Below are positions 7,862 through 16,440 of a stretch of DNA of 46,442 nucleotides, one piece after another; within the stretch, counting starts at the first letter, position 1, and every line of letters begins with the position of its first letter. Source of the DNA: Candidatus Micrarchaeota archaeon (lineage in GTDB: Archaea; Micrarchaeota; Micrarchaeia; Norongarragalinales; Norongarragalinaceae); contig JABWCK010000002.1 of NCBI GenBank assembly GCA_013360305.1, positions 1-46,442 on the forward strand, given 5' to 3'. The position numbers and the translations under genes are program-made. Under the pieces are notes generated by a model that worked only from the letters and a program-made list of their open reading frames with translations, did not search any database and was not told the DNA's origin.

Positions 7862-10192
7862 TTACTCGTTCAAGTGAATCGCTGTAGTTAGTTCGCTTCC
7901 CTCGTTGAAAACAATGGTTTTTGCTTTTAATACTCCTTTTAAGTCTTTTTCGACGTCTGCCAAGTTCAAGATGTTTTGTTGGGGTCCGGTTATTTCTACT
8001 CGGCTTATTTCTGTCGCTAGTGAAATGTTGTTCTTGGTCTTGAACTGTCTTACTTGGGATACGATCGAGTGAAAATCGCTTGCTATTTGTATTGCTATTT
8101 CGTCGATTTTTGCTTCTCGTGTTTCGGGCCATTTAGATTCGTGAATGCTTTCGTCGTGTGTTTGTGAATAAATTTCTTCAGTCAAGAACGGCGCGAATGG
8201 TGCTAGTAATTGGAGCGTTTTTTCTAGCACTTCATGCAGTGTAGAAATAGCTTCTTCTTTTTGCGTTCCTTCGTAAATGCGATACTTGACGTCTTCCAAG
8301 TAGTAATCACAATAATCATGCCAGAAGAACGATTGTATTTCCGTCAAGGCGCCGTAATAATCGTATTCGTTTATAGCCTTGCTTACGTTGTTGATTGTTT
8401 GGTTTAGTCTTGAAATAATCCATTTGTCAATCAAGTTTGTTGATTCTTTCTCGATTTTTTCGTTTTGAAGAACGAACTTGCTTGCATTCCATACTTTATT
8501 CATGAATGACTGGGCGTATTGAATGTCTTGCATTCTGAACGCGTTGTCTTTGCCCGTAGAGCCAGATAAAGCCGCCCATTGGCGTAAAGCGTCAGCCCCG
8601 TATTGTTGCAAGACGTCTTTTGCTTCAACGTAATTGCCTAAACTCTTGGACATTTTTTTGCCGTCGCTTCCAGTAACCATTCCGTTTACTAAAATGTCTT
8701 TAAACGGAGTCGAACCGGTTAACTCGTTGCATCTGTAAATAGTGTAAAACGCCCACGTGCGTATAATGTCGCTGCCCTGTGGGCGTAACGCAACGGGATA
8801 GTGTTTTGTTTCATTAGGCCAGTTAGTTATTACTAACGGCGTAATGCTTGAGTCAATCCACCCGTCGCATACGCTGGTTTCGCCTATTATTTTTCCTCCA
8901 CAAGAACAGTTTCCTTCGTATTCTTTTAACGCTGGGTCTATTGGCAGGTCTTTTTCTTTTGGTAGTATTACTTCATCGCATTTCTCGCAATAATAAAACG
9001 GTAGTGGAATGCCAAAGATTCGTTGTCTTGAAATGCACCAATCCCATTCTAGTCCAGTAGTCCAATCGTCGAATGTTTGGTGATAGTAAGAGGGATACCA
9101 ATAAACTTGATTGCCTAGTTTCTTGATTGAGTCTTTGTTTTCTTTTAATCTAATAAACCACTGCTTGCTTTCTAGCAATTCAATCGGCTTCTTGCATCGG
9201 TCGTGAATTTTTACTACTTGCTTGGTTGTTTCTTGTTTTTCCAACAAGCCTTTTTCTTGAAATTCTTCTAAGAGTTTAGCTCTTGCTTCTTTTGCGTATA
9301 ACCCGCCTACTTTTTCGGAATTAATTATTTTACCGTCTTCGCCCATTGCTTGAATTACTGGCAAGTTGTGTCGGTTAATCCATACTACGTCTTGCTTGTC
9401 TCCGAAACTGCATACCATTACTGCACCGCTTCCGAATTCTTTGTCTACGTCTTGGTCTGCAATAATCGGCACTTCTTTACCTAAAGGCGTAGTAGCTTTT
9501 TCTCCTATCAAGTTTTTGAATTTTTCATCAGTTGGGTGTACGACGATTGCTACGCAAGCATGCAAGTATTCCGGTCTAGTAGTTGCAATACTTAAGTTTC
9601 CAGAACTAGTTTTGAACGTAATATAGTTTAGTTTTGTTTCTTGGTTTACTTCTTCAGTTTCTGCTTTAGCTATAGCGCTCCTGCAGTAAGTACACCACAA
9701 TACTGGGCTAGTTCCTCTATAAACTAGTCCTTTCTCGAACATTTTTAGTACTGATAATTGTACTTTTTGCTTGTAGGAATCGTTTATTGTATAGTATTCT
9801 CTATCCCAGTCTATTGATAGTGCTAAGTCTTTCATTTGAGTCTTCATAGACGCGACTACTTCGTGAGTATGTTCCAAGCATTTTTTATAGAATTCGTCTC
9901 GAGGCAGGTTTTTGCCGTATTTTTTTTCTACTTTTACTTCAGTCGGAAAACCGTGACAATCCCATCCTTGAGGAAACAATACGTCGAATCCATTCATTCT
10001 CTTGAATCTAGCAATGAAGTCGATGTAGCACCATCCTAGCACGTGGCCGATGTGAAACTCTCCAGTAGGAAAAGGAGGGGGCGAGTCAATAACGAATTCG
10101 TTTTCGCCGCTGGCTTTGTATGTGTACAGACTTTTCGGCCACTTCTCGACCCACTTGGCTTGTATTGCCTTGAAGTCTAGTTTTGAGCTCAT
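7862..10192 (-). CDS. valS: Valine--tRNA ligase (archaeal type)
   Basis: DSPPP...HIGH, GWDCHG, ATTRPE, DWCISRQR, RPQGSDIIRTW and KMSKS motifs. Confidence 0.96.
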   Translation of the reverse strand: MSSKLDFKAIQAKWVEKWPKSLYTYKASGENEFVIDSPPPFPTGEFHIGHVLGWCYIDFIARFKRMNGFDVLFPQGWDCHGFPTEVKVEKKYGKNLPRDEFYKKCLEHTHEVVASMKTQMKDLALSIDWDREYYTINDSYKQKVQLSVLKMFEKGLVYRGTSPVLWCTYCRSAIAKAETEEVNQETKLNYITFKTSSGNLSIATTRPEYLHACVAIVVHPTDEKFKNLIGEKATTPLGKEVPIIADQDVDKEFGSGAVMVCSFGDKQDVVWINRHNLPVIQAMGEDGKIINSEKVGGLYAKEARAKLLEEFQEKGLLEKQETTKQVVKIHDRCKKPIELLESKQWFIRLKENKDSIKKLGNQVYWYPSYYHQTFDDWTTGLEWDWCISRQRIFGIPLPFYYCEKCDEVILPKEKDLPIDPALKEYEGNCSCGGKIIGETSVCDGWIDSSITPLVITNWPNETKHYPVALRPQGSDIIRTWAFYTIYRCNELTGSTPFKDILVNGMVTGSDGKKMSKSLGNYVEAKDVLQQYGADALRQWAALSGSTGKDNAFRMQDIQYAQSFMNKVWNASKFVLQNEKIEKESTNLIDKWIISRLNQTINNVSKAINEYDYYGALTEIQSFFWHDYCDYYLEDVKYRIYEGTQKEEAISTLHEVLEKTLQLLAPFAPFLTEEIYSQTHDESIHESKWPETREAKIDEIAIQIASDFHSIVSQVRQFKTKNNISLATEISRVEITGPQQNILNLADVEKDLKGVLKAKTIVFNEGSELTTAIHLNE

Positions 10193-10356
10193 TTAGAAGT
10201 AGTCTTTTTTTTCTTGCTAACCCATAAAGGCTTGCGCTTCATTAAGAAGTTCTTGTAAGACTTTTGGTTCAAGAAATGCAATGGAGTGCCGTCTTTCTTG
10301 TACAAAGTAAACCCGCTGCCTAGTGGGATTTCTTTTCCAGTGTAAGAATCTTTCAT
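10189..10356 (-). CDS. rpl24e: 50S ribosomal protein L24e (eL24), Cys-free variant; absent from the ORF track
   Basis: Hand translation: MKDSYTGKEIPLGSGFTLYKKDGTPLHFLNQKSYKNFLMKRKPLWVSKKKKTTSK (55 aa). Canonical position after rpl7ae-rps28e; its TGA overlaps the valS ATG. Confidence 0.88.
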   Translation of the reverse strand: MKDSYTGKEIPLGSGFTLYKKDGTPLHFLNQKSYKNFLMKRKPLWVSKKKKTTSK

Positions 10357-10365
10357 TTGTTAAAA

Positions 10366-10653
10366 TCACTTCCTCTTAGTCTTCAATGGCTTTGCTTCGC
10401 GTTCGGTTTCGAGCAACATTAAAATGTCGCCTTTCTTTACTGGTCCCTTGACGTTTCTGCGAATCACGCGACCTCTGTCTCGTCCTTCTAGGACTTTGCA
10501 CATTACTTGATTGATTTCTCCGAATACGCCAGTTCTGCCAATCATTTCAACTACTTCGGCAGGAAAACCTAATTCAGTGGATAATCGTTCTTCAACAACG
10601 GGTTTTTCTTCCTTTTTTTCAGGAGTTTTTTTCTCTATTTTTTTTTCAACCAT
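10366..10653 (-). CDS. rps28e: 30S ribosomal protein S28e (eS28) with charged N-terminal extension
   Basis: [23 protein letters not shown] and LLETEREA motifs. Confidence 0.96.
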   Translation of the reverse strand: MVEKKIEKKTPEKKEEKPVVEERLSTELGFPAEVVEMIGRTGVFGEINQVMCKVLEGRDRGRVIRRNVKGPVKKGDILMLLETEREAKPLKTKRK

Positions 10654-10665
10654 TTAAAACACAAC

Positions 10666-11085
10666 TCACTCTTTCTTTTTCTTAGCTGCAGGCTTCTTTT
10701 CAACTGTTTTTGATTCAGTTACTTTGCCGCCTAGTTTCTCGATTACTTTCTTTAATTCCTCATCAGCAGCTCCGCCAGAGTTGATTGCAATAGCACTTGT
10801 ACCGACTCCTAGCCCGCCAGCCTTGCCTAGCTCGTCTTTAGTGTTTACAAAGCAGTAAGCAATGCCTTTTTCCTTGCATAATACTGGCAAGTGCATTACG
10901 ATTTCTTCAGGGTCAACGTCGCCTGCGACAATAACTAGTTTCGCTTCACCACGCTCGATTGCCTTAGTGGCTTCATTAATTCCTTTCCTAATGCGTCCGC
11001 CACTTTGTCTAGATTTCTCTAAGACTTGCAAAACGCTTGCTTGTACATCAGAAGGAGTCTCGTTGTCTACGTAACTTTTCGCCAT
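10666..11085 (-). CDS. rpl7ae: 50S ribosomal protein L7Ae (K-turn binding)
   Basis: IRKGINEATKAIERG, DVDPEEIVMHLPVLC and ELGKAGG motifs. Confidence 0.97.
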   Translation of the reverse strand: MAKSYVDNETPSDVQASVLQVLEKSRQSGGRIRKGINEATKAIERGEAKLVIVAGDVDPEEIVMHLPVLCKEKGIAYCFVNTKDELGKAGGLGVGTSAIAINSGGAADEELKKVIEKLGGKVTESKTVEKKPAAKKKKE

Positions 11086-11287
11086 ATAATTTTCTCACCA
11101 TTTTTTTACCCGAAGCTTTTACAAGCTACTTAATAGGTCATTGAATTCTTCTCTAAAAAAGAAGCAAAATAGTTAATGCTTTGAGCTCTTTAAAAAACTT
11201 TGCAACTCGTTCATTTGCTCCAAACAATATTGCTTTATAAATGGTTTGCTTAATGTTTTAAACAATTTTCGTTTTAAACGGAGGGAT

Positions 11288-11536
11288 ATGAATTTGAGAG
11301 GAGAAATATTTACTAAAGTAATGATTTTCACTATTGGTGCTTTCTTGATCGGAACCCAACTAGTAAACCTAGCCAACTTTTTGAATGGAGTTACTCCAAC
11401 AATGAACATTTACGAAATGGCATTGTGGTGGACTGTCTTCTTGATGGGTGCTTTAATGCTTCAATCACCATCAATGGCTAAAGAAATGGCCATGCCTTCA
11501 AGGCCAGCCCGCAAAGCTGCACGAAGACGCAGGTAA
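11288..11536 (+). CDS. Small two-TM protein with Arg-rich C-terminus
   Basis: ATG at 11288 preceded by GAGGGA; upstream TTTATAAA; followed by a pyrimidine tract. Confidence 0.65.
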   Translation: MNLRGEIFTKVMIFTIGAFLIGTQLVNLANFLNGVTPTMNIYEMALWWTVFLMGALMLQSPSMAKEMAMPSRPARKAARRRR

Positions 11537-11560
11537 TTTCTTTTCCTTCCTCTTTTTTTT
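11537..11560 (+). terminator. Pyrimidine/oligo-T terminator
   Basis: TTTCTTTTCCTTCCTCTTTTTTTT directly after the stop codon. Confidence 0.55.
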
Positions 11561-13251
11561 TAACAACTTATTATGAAACGCATTTTTTGCTTATCGTCTA
11601 GCTTGCAGAAGCCGATTCTTTCGAACTGAATTACTTGTCCTTCTTCTAACTGGAGGCAGTCTTTCTCGCAAAAACCTTGTTTTGTGCGTAGGCTGGCTGG
11701 GTTGAATTTTTCGTCTATGAATAAGTCGCTTAATTCTACTAACTCGCACTTTATTGCTTCTTCTACTGGAACCCATTGGAGTTTCTTGTTTTGTTTCAAG
11801 TCTTTTCCTGAATACTTGAAGACTATAGTGCTTTGAGTTTTTTCAAAGACTATGCAGTTGTACAAGTCTTTCAACCTGACTTCTTCTCCTTGTTTTAATT
11901 CATCAAAGTCTTTTTTTGAAACGTATATTGATTGTTTGGGGTTCAAGAATCGTGTTCCTTTCTCTAAAGAAGGGTGTTTTGCTAAGCGTAGTCCTGTACT
12001 TGATGGGGCGTTCTTGATTAGTGCTTTAACCGGGTTTTCTACTGCAAAGTAGTGTTCGGCTTGTTGTTCTAGTAATTTTCTGTTTTCTGTTAACAAAGCA
12101 TCCCAGCCAGGTTGGCTTTCTACTTTGCTTAAGCCAAAACTCAAAACGAATTTCTTAATTGCTTCTGGTAATATTCCTCTCCTTCTCAATCCAAAAATCG
12201 TCGGCAAACGCGGGTCGTCCCATCCCCATACTTTCTTTTCTTCGATTAGTGGTTTAATATGCCTTTTACTTAAGACTGTTCCTTTAATGTTCAGCCTAGA
12301 AAAATCATACAATACCGGCTTCCTTAAACCAAGCTTGTCTAGAATATAGTTGTATAACTCGTCTCTCAACTCGTATTCCTTGCTGCGAAGCGCGTGAGTG
12401 ACTCCGCTTATTGAATCCATTATTGATGCTTCAAAATCGTAAGTAGGCCAAGCCTTGTATTTAGTTCCTTGCCTGTAGTGGGGGGAGTGAATAATCCTCC
12501 ACAATACTGGATCGCGCATTACTGTATTCAACGCAGTCAAGTCGCCTTTTAACCTAATCGTTGCGTCGCCTGGGTTTAGGGTTGAATTCATTTTCTCCCA
12601 GCCCGCTAGGTTTTCTTCAACGCTTTGACTCCTGCAAGCACAAGCTTTTTTTGCTTCTCTGTTGGCGCGCATTTCTTCTTGTTGGCAAGTGCAAAAATAA
12701 GCGTCGCCTGAAGAAATTAGTTTCTTGCAGTAGTCAATTAGTTTAGGCATTGAATCGGAAGTAAACGACTGCGAGTCAAACTCTGCGCCTAACCAGGCGA
12801 GTGCTTCTTTGATGGAGTCTACGAATTCTTGGCTTTCGGTTTCTGGATTAGTATCATCAAATCTTAAACAAATTTTTCCACTCCAGTCTTTAGCTAGTTG
12901 GTGGTTTAAGAAAAATGCTTTAGCGTGTCCCAAGTGGGCGTACCCGTTAGGTTCAGGCAAGAATCTTGTCACGACTAATCCTTCTTCGCATCCGGGTAGG
13001 GATAGTTTTTTCGTTTCTTCTGGTTTTTTTTCTATGAAAACGAATTCTTGAATTTGTTCTTCCACTTGCTCCTTAGTTAATTCATTTACTTCCGCGATGG
13101 TTTCAGCAATCAATTTCATTGTTTCGCGCATGTCTTTCTTAGCGTCTGGAGATTCAGCGATAACTTTACCGATTACTCCGTTAGGATTAGCTCGACCGTA
13201 ATCCAACGCGTTCTTTAAAGCGTATTTTTTAACTATTTTTTTTAAATCCAT
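11560..13251 (-). CDS. gltX: Glutamate--tRNA ligase
   Basis: Archaeal N-terminus (ALKNALDYGRA); RFLPEPNGYAHLGH, RFDDTNP, VTHALRSKE, VLSKR and GWDDPRLPT motifs; C-terminal QFERIGF. Start MDLKK preferred. Confidence 0.95.
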   Translation of the reverse strand: MDLKKIVKKYALKNALDYGRANPNGVIGKVIAESPDAKKDMRETMKLIAETIAEVNELTKEQVEEQIQEFVFIEKKPEETKKLSLPGCEEGLVVTRFLPEPNGYAHLGHAKAFFLNHQLAKDWSGKICLRFDDTNPETESQEFVDSIKEALAWLGAEFDSQSFTSDSMPKLIDYCKKLISSGDAYFCTCQQEEMRANREAKKACACRSQSVEENLAGWEKMNSTLNPGDATIRLKGDLTALNTVMRDPVLWRIIHSPHYRQGTKYKAWPTYDFEASIMDSISGVTHALRSKEYELRDELYNYILDKLGLRKPVLYDFSRLNIKGTVLSKRHIKPLIEEKKVWGWDDPRLPTIFGLRRRGILPEAIKKFVLSFGLSKVESQPGWDALLTENRKLLEQQAEHYFAVENPVKALIKNAPSSTGLRLAKHPSLEKGTRFLNPKQSIYVSKKDFDELKQGEEVRLKDLYNCIVFEKTQSTIVFKYSGKDLKQNKKLQWVPVEEAIKCELVELSDLFIDEKFNPASLRTKQGFCEKDCLQLEEGQVIQFERIGFCKLDDKQKMRFIISC

Positions 13252-13279
13252 TGCCTTTAACACTTGAACTTTTTTTTAA

Positions 13280-13915
13280 TTAAAGCTTTTCAGGAAAAGC
13301 CGTATTACCCAACTCCAAAAAACCAGGCTTGGAGTATTTAGTGTTTACTAATTCTCCACCAATTACTTTTCCTCTGAGTAAAGATACTTTAACTCCGTGT
13401 CTAATATTTTTTTCATCAACTAATTCAGCATCGTGTTTTTGTTCTGAATAGTATTCAGTAAAATTAGTTCCTGAAGCTAATAACGTAACGCCTGCTAGTG
13501 CGCGCAGCGCGTTTTTCAAAAAGCGTCGCCTAGTTATTGGTTCTTGGCTTGACAATGCAGCGCTACTGCCTGCTCCGGTTGCTAGTAGCAAGCTAGTCAG
13601 CAATTTTTGGTTAAACCAAGCTTTCCTGCGAGTTTTAGGTATTGATTCTAGCCTGCTTAATTCTTCTGATTTTATTTTTATTATTGGAGTCCCTTTTCTT
13701 TTGTATTGTTCTACCAAGTGCTTAGTAACCGGGTTGTTTTCAGTATTTTCGTGTTCTAATACGAACAACGCGTCTATTTCTGGGAGTTTAGGAGTACTGG
13801 CAGTAGTTGGTTGTGTTCCTAACGCATCAAGCGACTCGTTTTGCATTGCTGGAGTGATTATAGTTATTGTTTTTCCTTGAATTGTTTTGCGTTCAGTAAC
13901 AAAAGTATTAGCCAT
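13280..13915 (-). CDS. Hypothetical membrane protein with internal twin-arginine-like motif
   Basis: Two hydrophobic segments separated by ITRRRFLK; overlaps the fni stop. Confidence 0.55.
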   Translation of the reverse strand: MANTFVTERKTIQGKTITIITPAMQNESLDALGTQPTTASTPKLPEIDALFVLEHENTENNPVTKHLVEQYKRKGTPIIKIKSEELSRLESIPKTRRKAWFNQKLLTSLLLATGAGSSAALSSQEPITRRRFLKNALRALAGVTLLASGTNFTEYYSEQKHDAELVDEKNIRHGVKVSLLRGKVIGGELVNTKYSKPGFLELGNTAFPEKL

Positions 13916-14918
13916 TTTCTAACATCTTGGCTTTCTTTAGTTGCGTTAAGTTCTTGCTTCTAGTCAAAAACATTGCTATCTGTAATCCTTTCTTGAATGA
14001 CTGGATTTCTTCACGAATTGCTTTCACTCCGCCCTTGTTTTGAGCTTGAATGAATGGCTTAGCTACTCCGCAAAGAGAAGCACCGAATCGAATTGCTTTC
14101 GCGCAATCTAAACCATTCCTTAACCCGCCTGACGCGATTAAGGGTAGTGAAGTTGATGCCGAGCATTGTTGTAATGCGGTCAACGTTGGCACTCCAAAGT
14201 CCCAGAACAAGTTTCCTTCCTTTGCGCCTTTCCTGTAAATTTCAATCGCAGTCCAACTAGTTCCTCCTGCTCCGGCTACATCTACGGCGCTAACTCCTGC
14301 TTCTTGAAGCTCTCTTGCGACGAATCCATTAATTCCCGCGCCTACTTCTTTAGCGATAATCGGAAACTTTGCATAATCGCATAGTTTTGAAATTGCTTTT
14401 AAGACTCCAACCCAGTTTCTATCTCCTTCTGGTTGTACGGTTTCTTGCAACGCATTAATGTGAATAAAACAACCGTTGGCTTCAATTTTTTCTACAGCGT
14501 CACAAACTTGCTTTGGAGTGTATTCCAACAATTGAGCCGCGCCGAAGTTTCCATACAAAACTGCTTTTGGAGCGTGTTTTCGCACCATAAACGTTTTTGC
14601 TAATTCCGAATGCTTGAGCATTGGCCTCATGCTACCAAAACCCATTGGTATTCCTTCTGCTTCTGCAGCAATAGCTAGTTCTTGGTTGATTTTTTCTCCT
14701 TCGGCGTAACCGCCGGTCATTGAAGAAATTAATAACGGTGCTTGGAAAGAGTGCTTTAAGAAACTAGTTTTCAAAGAAACTTCATTGAAGTTCATTTCAG
14801 GCAAAGCGTAATACAAGAAGTCAATATCGTTAAAGCCCGTTTTCTTGTTTTTGAAATCAATGTCCTTATTCAAAACAATATCAACGTGTTGCGCCTTACG
14901 ATCAGCAATCTTAGTCAT
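13908..14918 (-). CDS. fni: Type 2 isopentenyl-diphosphate delta-isomerase (FMN-dependent)
   Basis: RKAQH, ISSMTGG, HINALQE, QPEGD, KEVGAG, AGAGGTSW and ASGGLRNG motifs. Confidence 0.96.
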   Translation of the reverse strand: MTKIADRKAQHVDIVLNKDIDFKNKKTGFNDIDFLYYALPEMNFNEVSLKTSFLKHSFQAPLLISSMTGGYAEGEKINQELAIAAEAEGIPMGFGSMRPMLKHSELAKTFMVRKHAPKAVLYGNFGAAQLLEYTPKQVCDAVEKIEANGCFIHINALQETVQPEGDRNWVGVLKAISKLCDYAKFPIIAKEVGAGINGFVARELQEAGVSAVDVAGAGGTSWTAIEIYRKGAKEGNLFWDFGVPTLTALQQCSASTSLPLIASGGLRNGLDCAKAIRFGASLCGVAKPFIQAQNKGGVKAIREEIQSFKKGLQIAMFLTRSKNLTQLKKAKMLENG

Positions 14919-14972
14919 TATTATTAATTAAGCAACAAGGGATTAAAAACCGCGTTCCTGATTAATTAATTC

Positions 14973-15281
14973 ATGGTGCTTATTGTTGTGAACTTAACTA
15001 GTGCGGAGAAAAAAGAATTCGATTCGTTGACTGAGTTTCAGCAAAAAGTCTTGATTGCGTGCAGTGAAATTCCAAAAGGAGAAACGCGTACTTATTCTCA
15101 AATTGCGGTTAGTATTGGAAAGCCTAAAGCAGTTCGGGCGGTGGGGACTGCTCTTGCAAGAAATCCTTTTGCTCCTAAGATTCCTTGTCATAGAGTTGTT
15201 GCTAAGAATGGCTTGGGCGGTTATTCCGGCAAAGGTGGTCTTGCAACAAAAAAGAGATTGTTGAAGAAAGAAAAAGGCTAG
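14973..15281 (+). CDS. ogt: Methylated-DNA--protein-cysteine methyltransferase (MGMT, stand-alone C-terminal domain)
   Basis: IPKGETRTY, AVRAVG, NP...IPCHRVV with the active Cys retained. Confidence 0.88.
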   Translation: MVLIVVNLTSAEKKEFDSLTEFQQKVLIACSEIPKGETRTYSQIAVSIGKPKAVRAVGTALARNPFAPKIPCHRVVAKNGLGGYSGKGGLATKKRLLKKEKG

Positions 15282-15313
15282 TTATTAAATTCCTTGCTTG
15301 TTTTTACTAATTA

Positions 15314-15694
15314 ATGAAGATTATTAGCTTGTCTTTAGATGACGAGTTCTTGAGTGATTTAGACAAAGCCGGAAAGAAATTAGGTTATAATAGTAGGAGC
15401 AAGGTATTGCGTGAGGGCGTAAAATCGTTAATGCAGCAATACGTTTCATTAGACGATTTACCTGCAAACGCGTCTTTAGTTATTACTGTAGTTCACAATC
15501 ATGCTGGTGATGATTTTGTTTCGAAATTATCTCACGAGTTTGAGGACGTTATTGAAACTAAGATTCACAAGTCTTCAAAAAACGGGTGTGTTGAAGTGTT
15601 ATTAGTCGAAGGACCTTCGCATAGGGCTAGTGACTTGGTTAAGAAATTGAAAGCCAGCAAGAAAATCAAGGCTGTTTTTTATTATCCAGTATAG
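15314..15694 (+). CDS. NikR-like ribbon-helix-helix/ACT regulator
   Basis: IISLSL...GYNSRSKVLREG RHH domain; C-terminal domain with H...H...CVEV. Confidence 0.8.
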   Translation: MKIISLSLDDEFLSDLDKAGKKLGYNSRSKVLREGVKSLMQQYVSLDDLPANASLVITVVHNHAGDDFVSKLSHEFEDVIETKIHKSSKNGCVEVLLVEGPSHRASDLVKKLKASKKIKAVFYYPV

Positions 15695-16398
15695 CTTTCG
15701 AGGATTTTTTGCAAGTCCTTTAATCCTTGAATCATGAAGTCTGGCTTTTCAAGAACTAATTGTTCCCTAGTAGAAACTCCAGTAATTGCTCCAATAGTAG
15801 TGCACTTTATTTTTTTACCTGCTTGAACTTCCGCAACTGAATCAGTTACTATGAAACACTCTTCTAGTTTTAGCTTGAATTGCTTAGACGCAAAACCAAA
15901 CGGCTTATCGTTCTTACAAATAATCAAGTTAGTTTGAATCCCGTACTTATCCAGCAAAAACTCGGCGAATTTTTTATCCAAGTTAGTGTAAACGGCTACT
16001 TTGAATTTTTTTTTCTGCAAGAAAACACTCAAGCTGCCAGGTTCTGCTAGCGGCTTAACCATGTGATTCAACTTAACCCATCCAGAATACAATTCCTCAT
16101 ACTTCCTTAAAGCGATAGAAATTGTTTTTTCATCCTTTTCAGTAAACTTGTTGATTTCTAGAATTATTTTCTCGGAATCAACAATCTTGCCAAGCTTGTA
16201 CACTACTAGCAACGCCTTGAAGAAATTTTTCCTACTAGCGAACTCGGGCAACGAATGCAAGTAAAACAAGTCGTTCAAGTTTTGTTTTATAGTAATGCCT
16301 GCTTTGTTAAAGCTTTGAACAATAACGTAAGCTTCCAACTGTTTTACACTAACTAAAACGCCTTCTAACTTCAACAAAGCAGCCTTCAAAACAATCAT
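15682..16398 (-). CDS. HAD-superfamily-like protein, degenerate catalytic motif I
   Basis: VYTN (motif II), KP (III), IVTDS...E (IV) and a C-terminal PDF motif; motif I reads KLEGV instead of DxDGT. Confidence 0.65.
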   Translation of the reverse strand: MIVLKAALLKLEGVLVSVKQLEAYVIVQSFNKAGITIKQNLNDLFYLHSLPEFASRKNFFKALLVVYKLGKIVDSEKIILEINKFTEKDEKTISIALRKYEELYSGWVKLNHMVKPLAEPGSLSVFLQKKKFKVAVYTNLDKKFAEFLLDKYGIQTNLIICKNDKPFGFASKQFKLKLEECFIVTDSVAEVQAGKKIKCTTIGAITGVSTREQLVLEKPDFMIQGLKDLQKILESYTG

Positions 16399-16440
16399 TT
16401 ACAGAAAGAATTAGTTAGTTTAAGTTAAAAAAGAAGGAAA

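Noticed and set aside
11086-11175. Possible L7Ae-binding K-turn in the rpl7ae leader
   Set aside because: A hairpin (AGCTT-GTAA-AAGCT on the minus strand) exists, but I could not find tandem G.A pairs with a 3-nt bulge.
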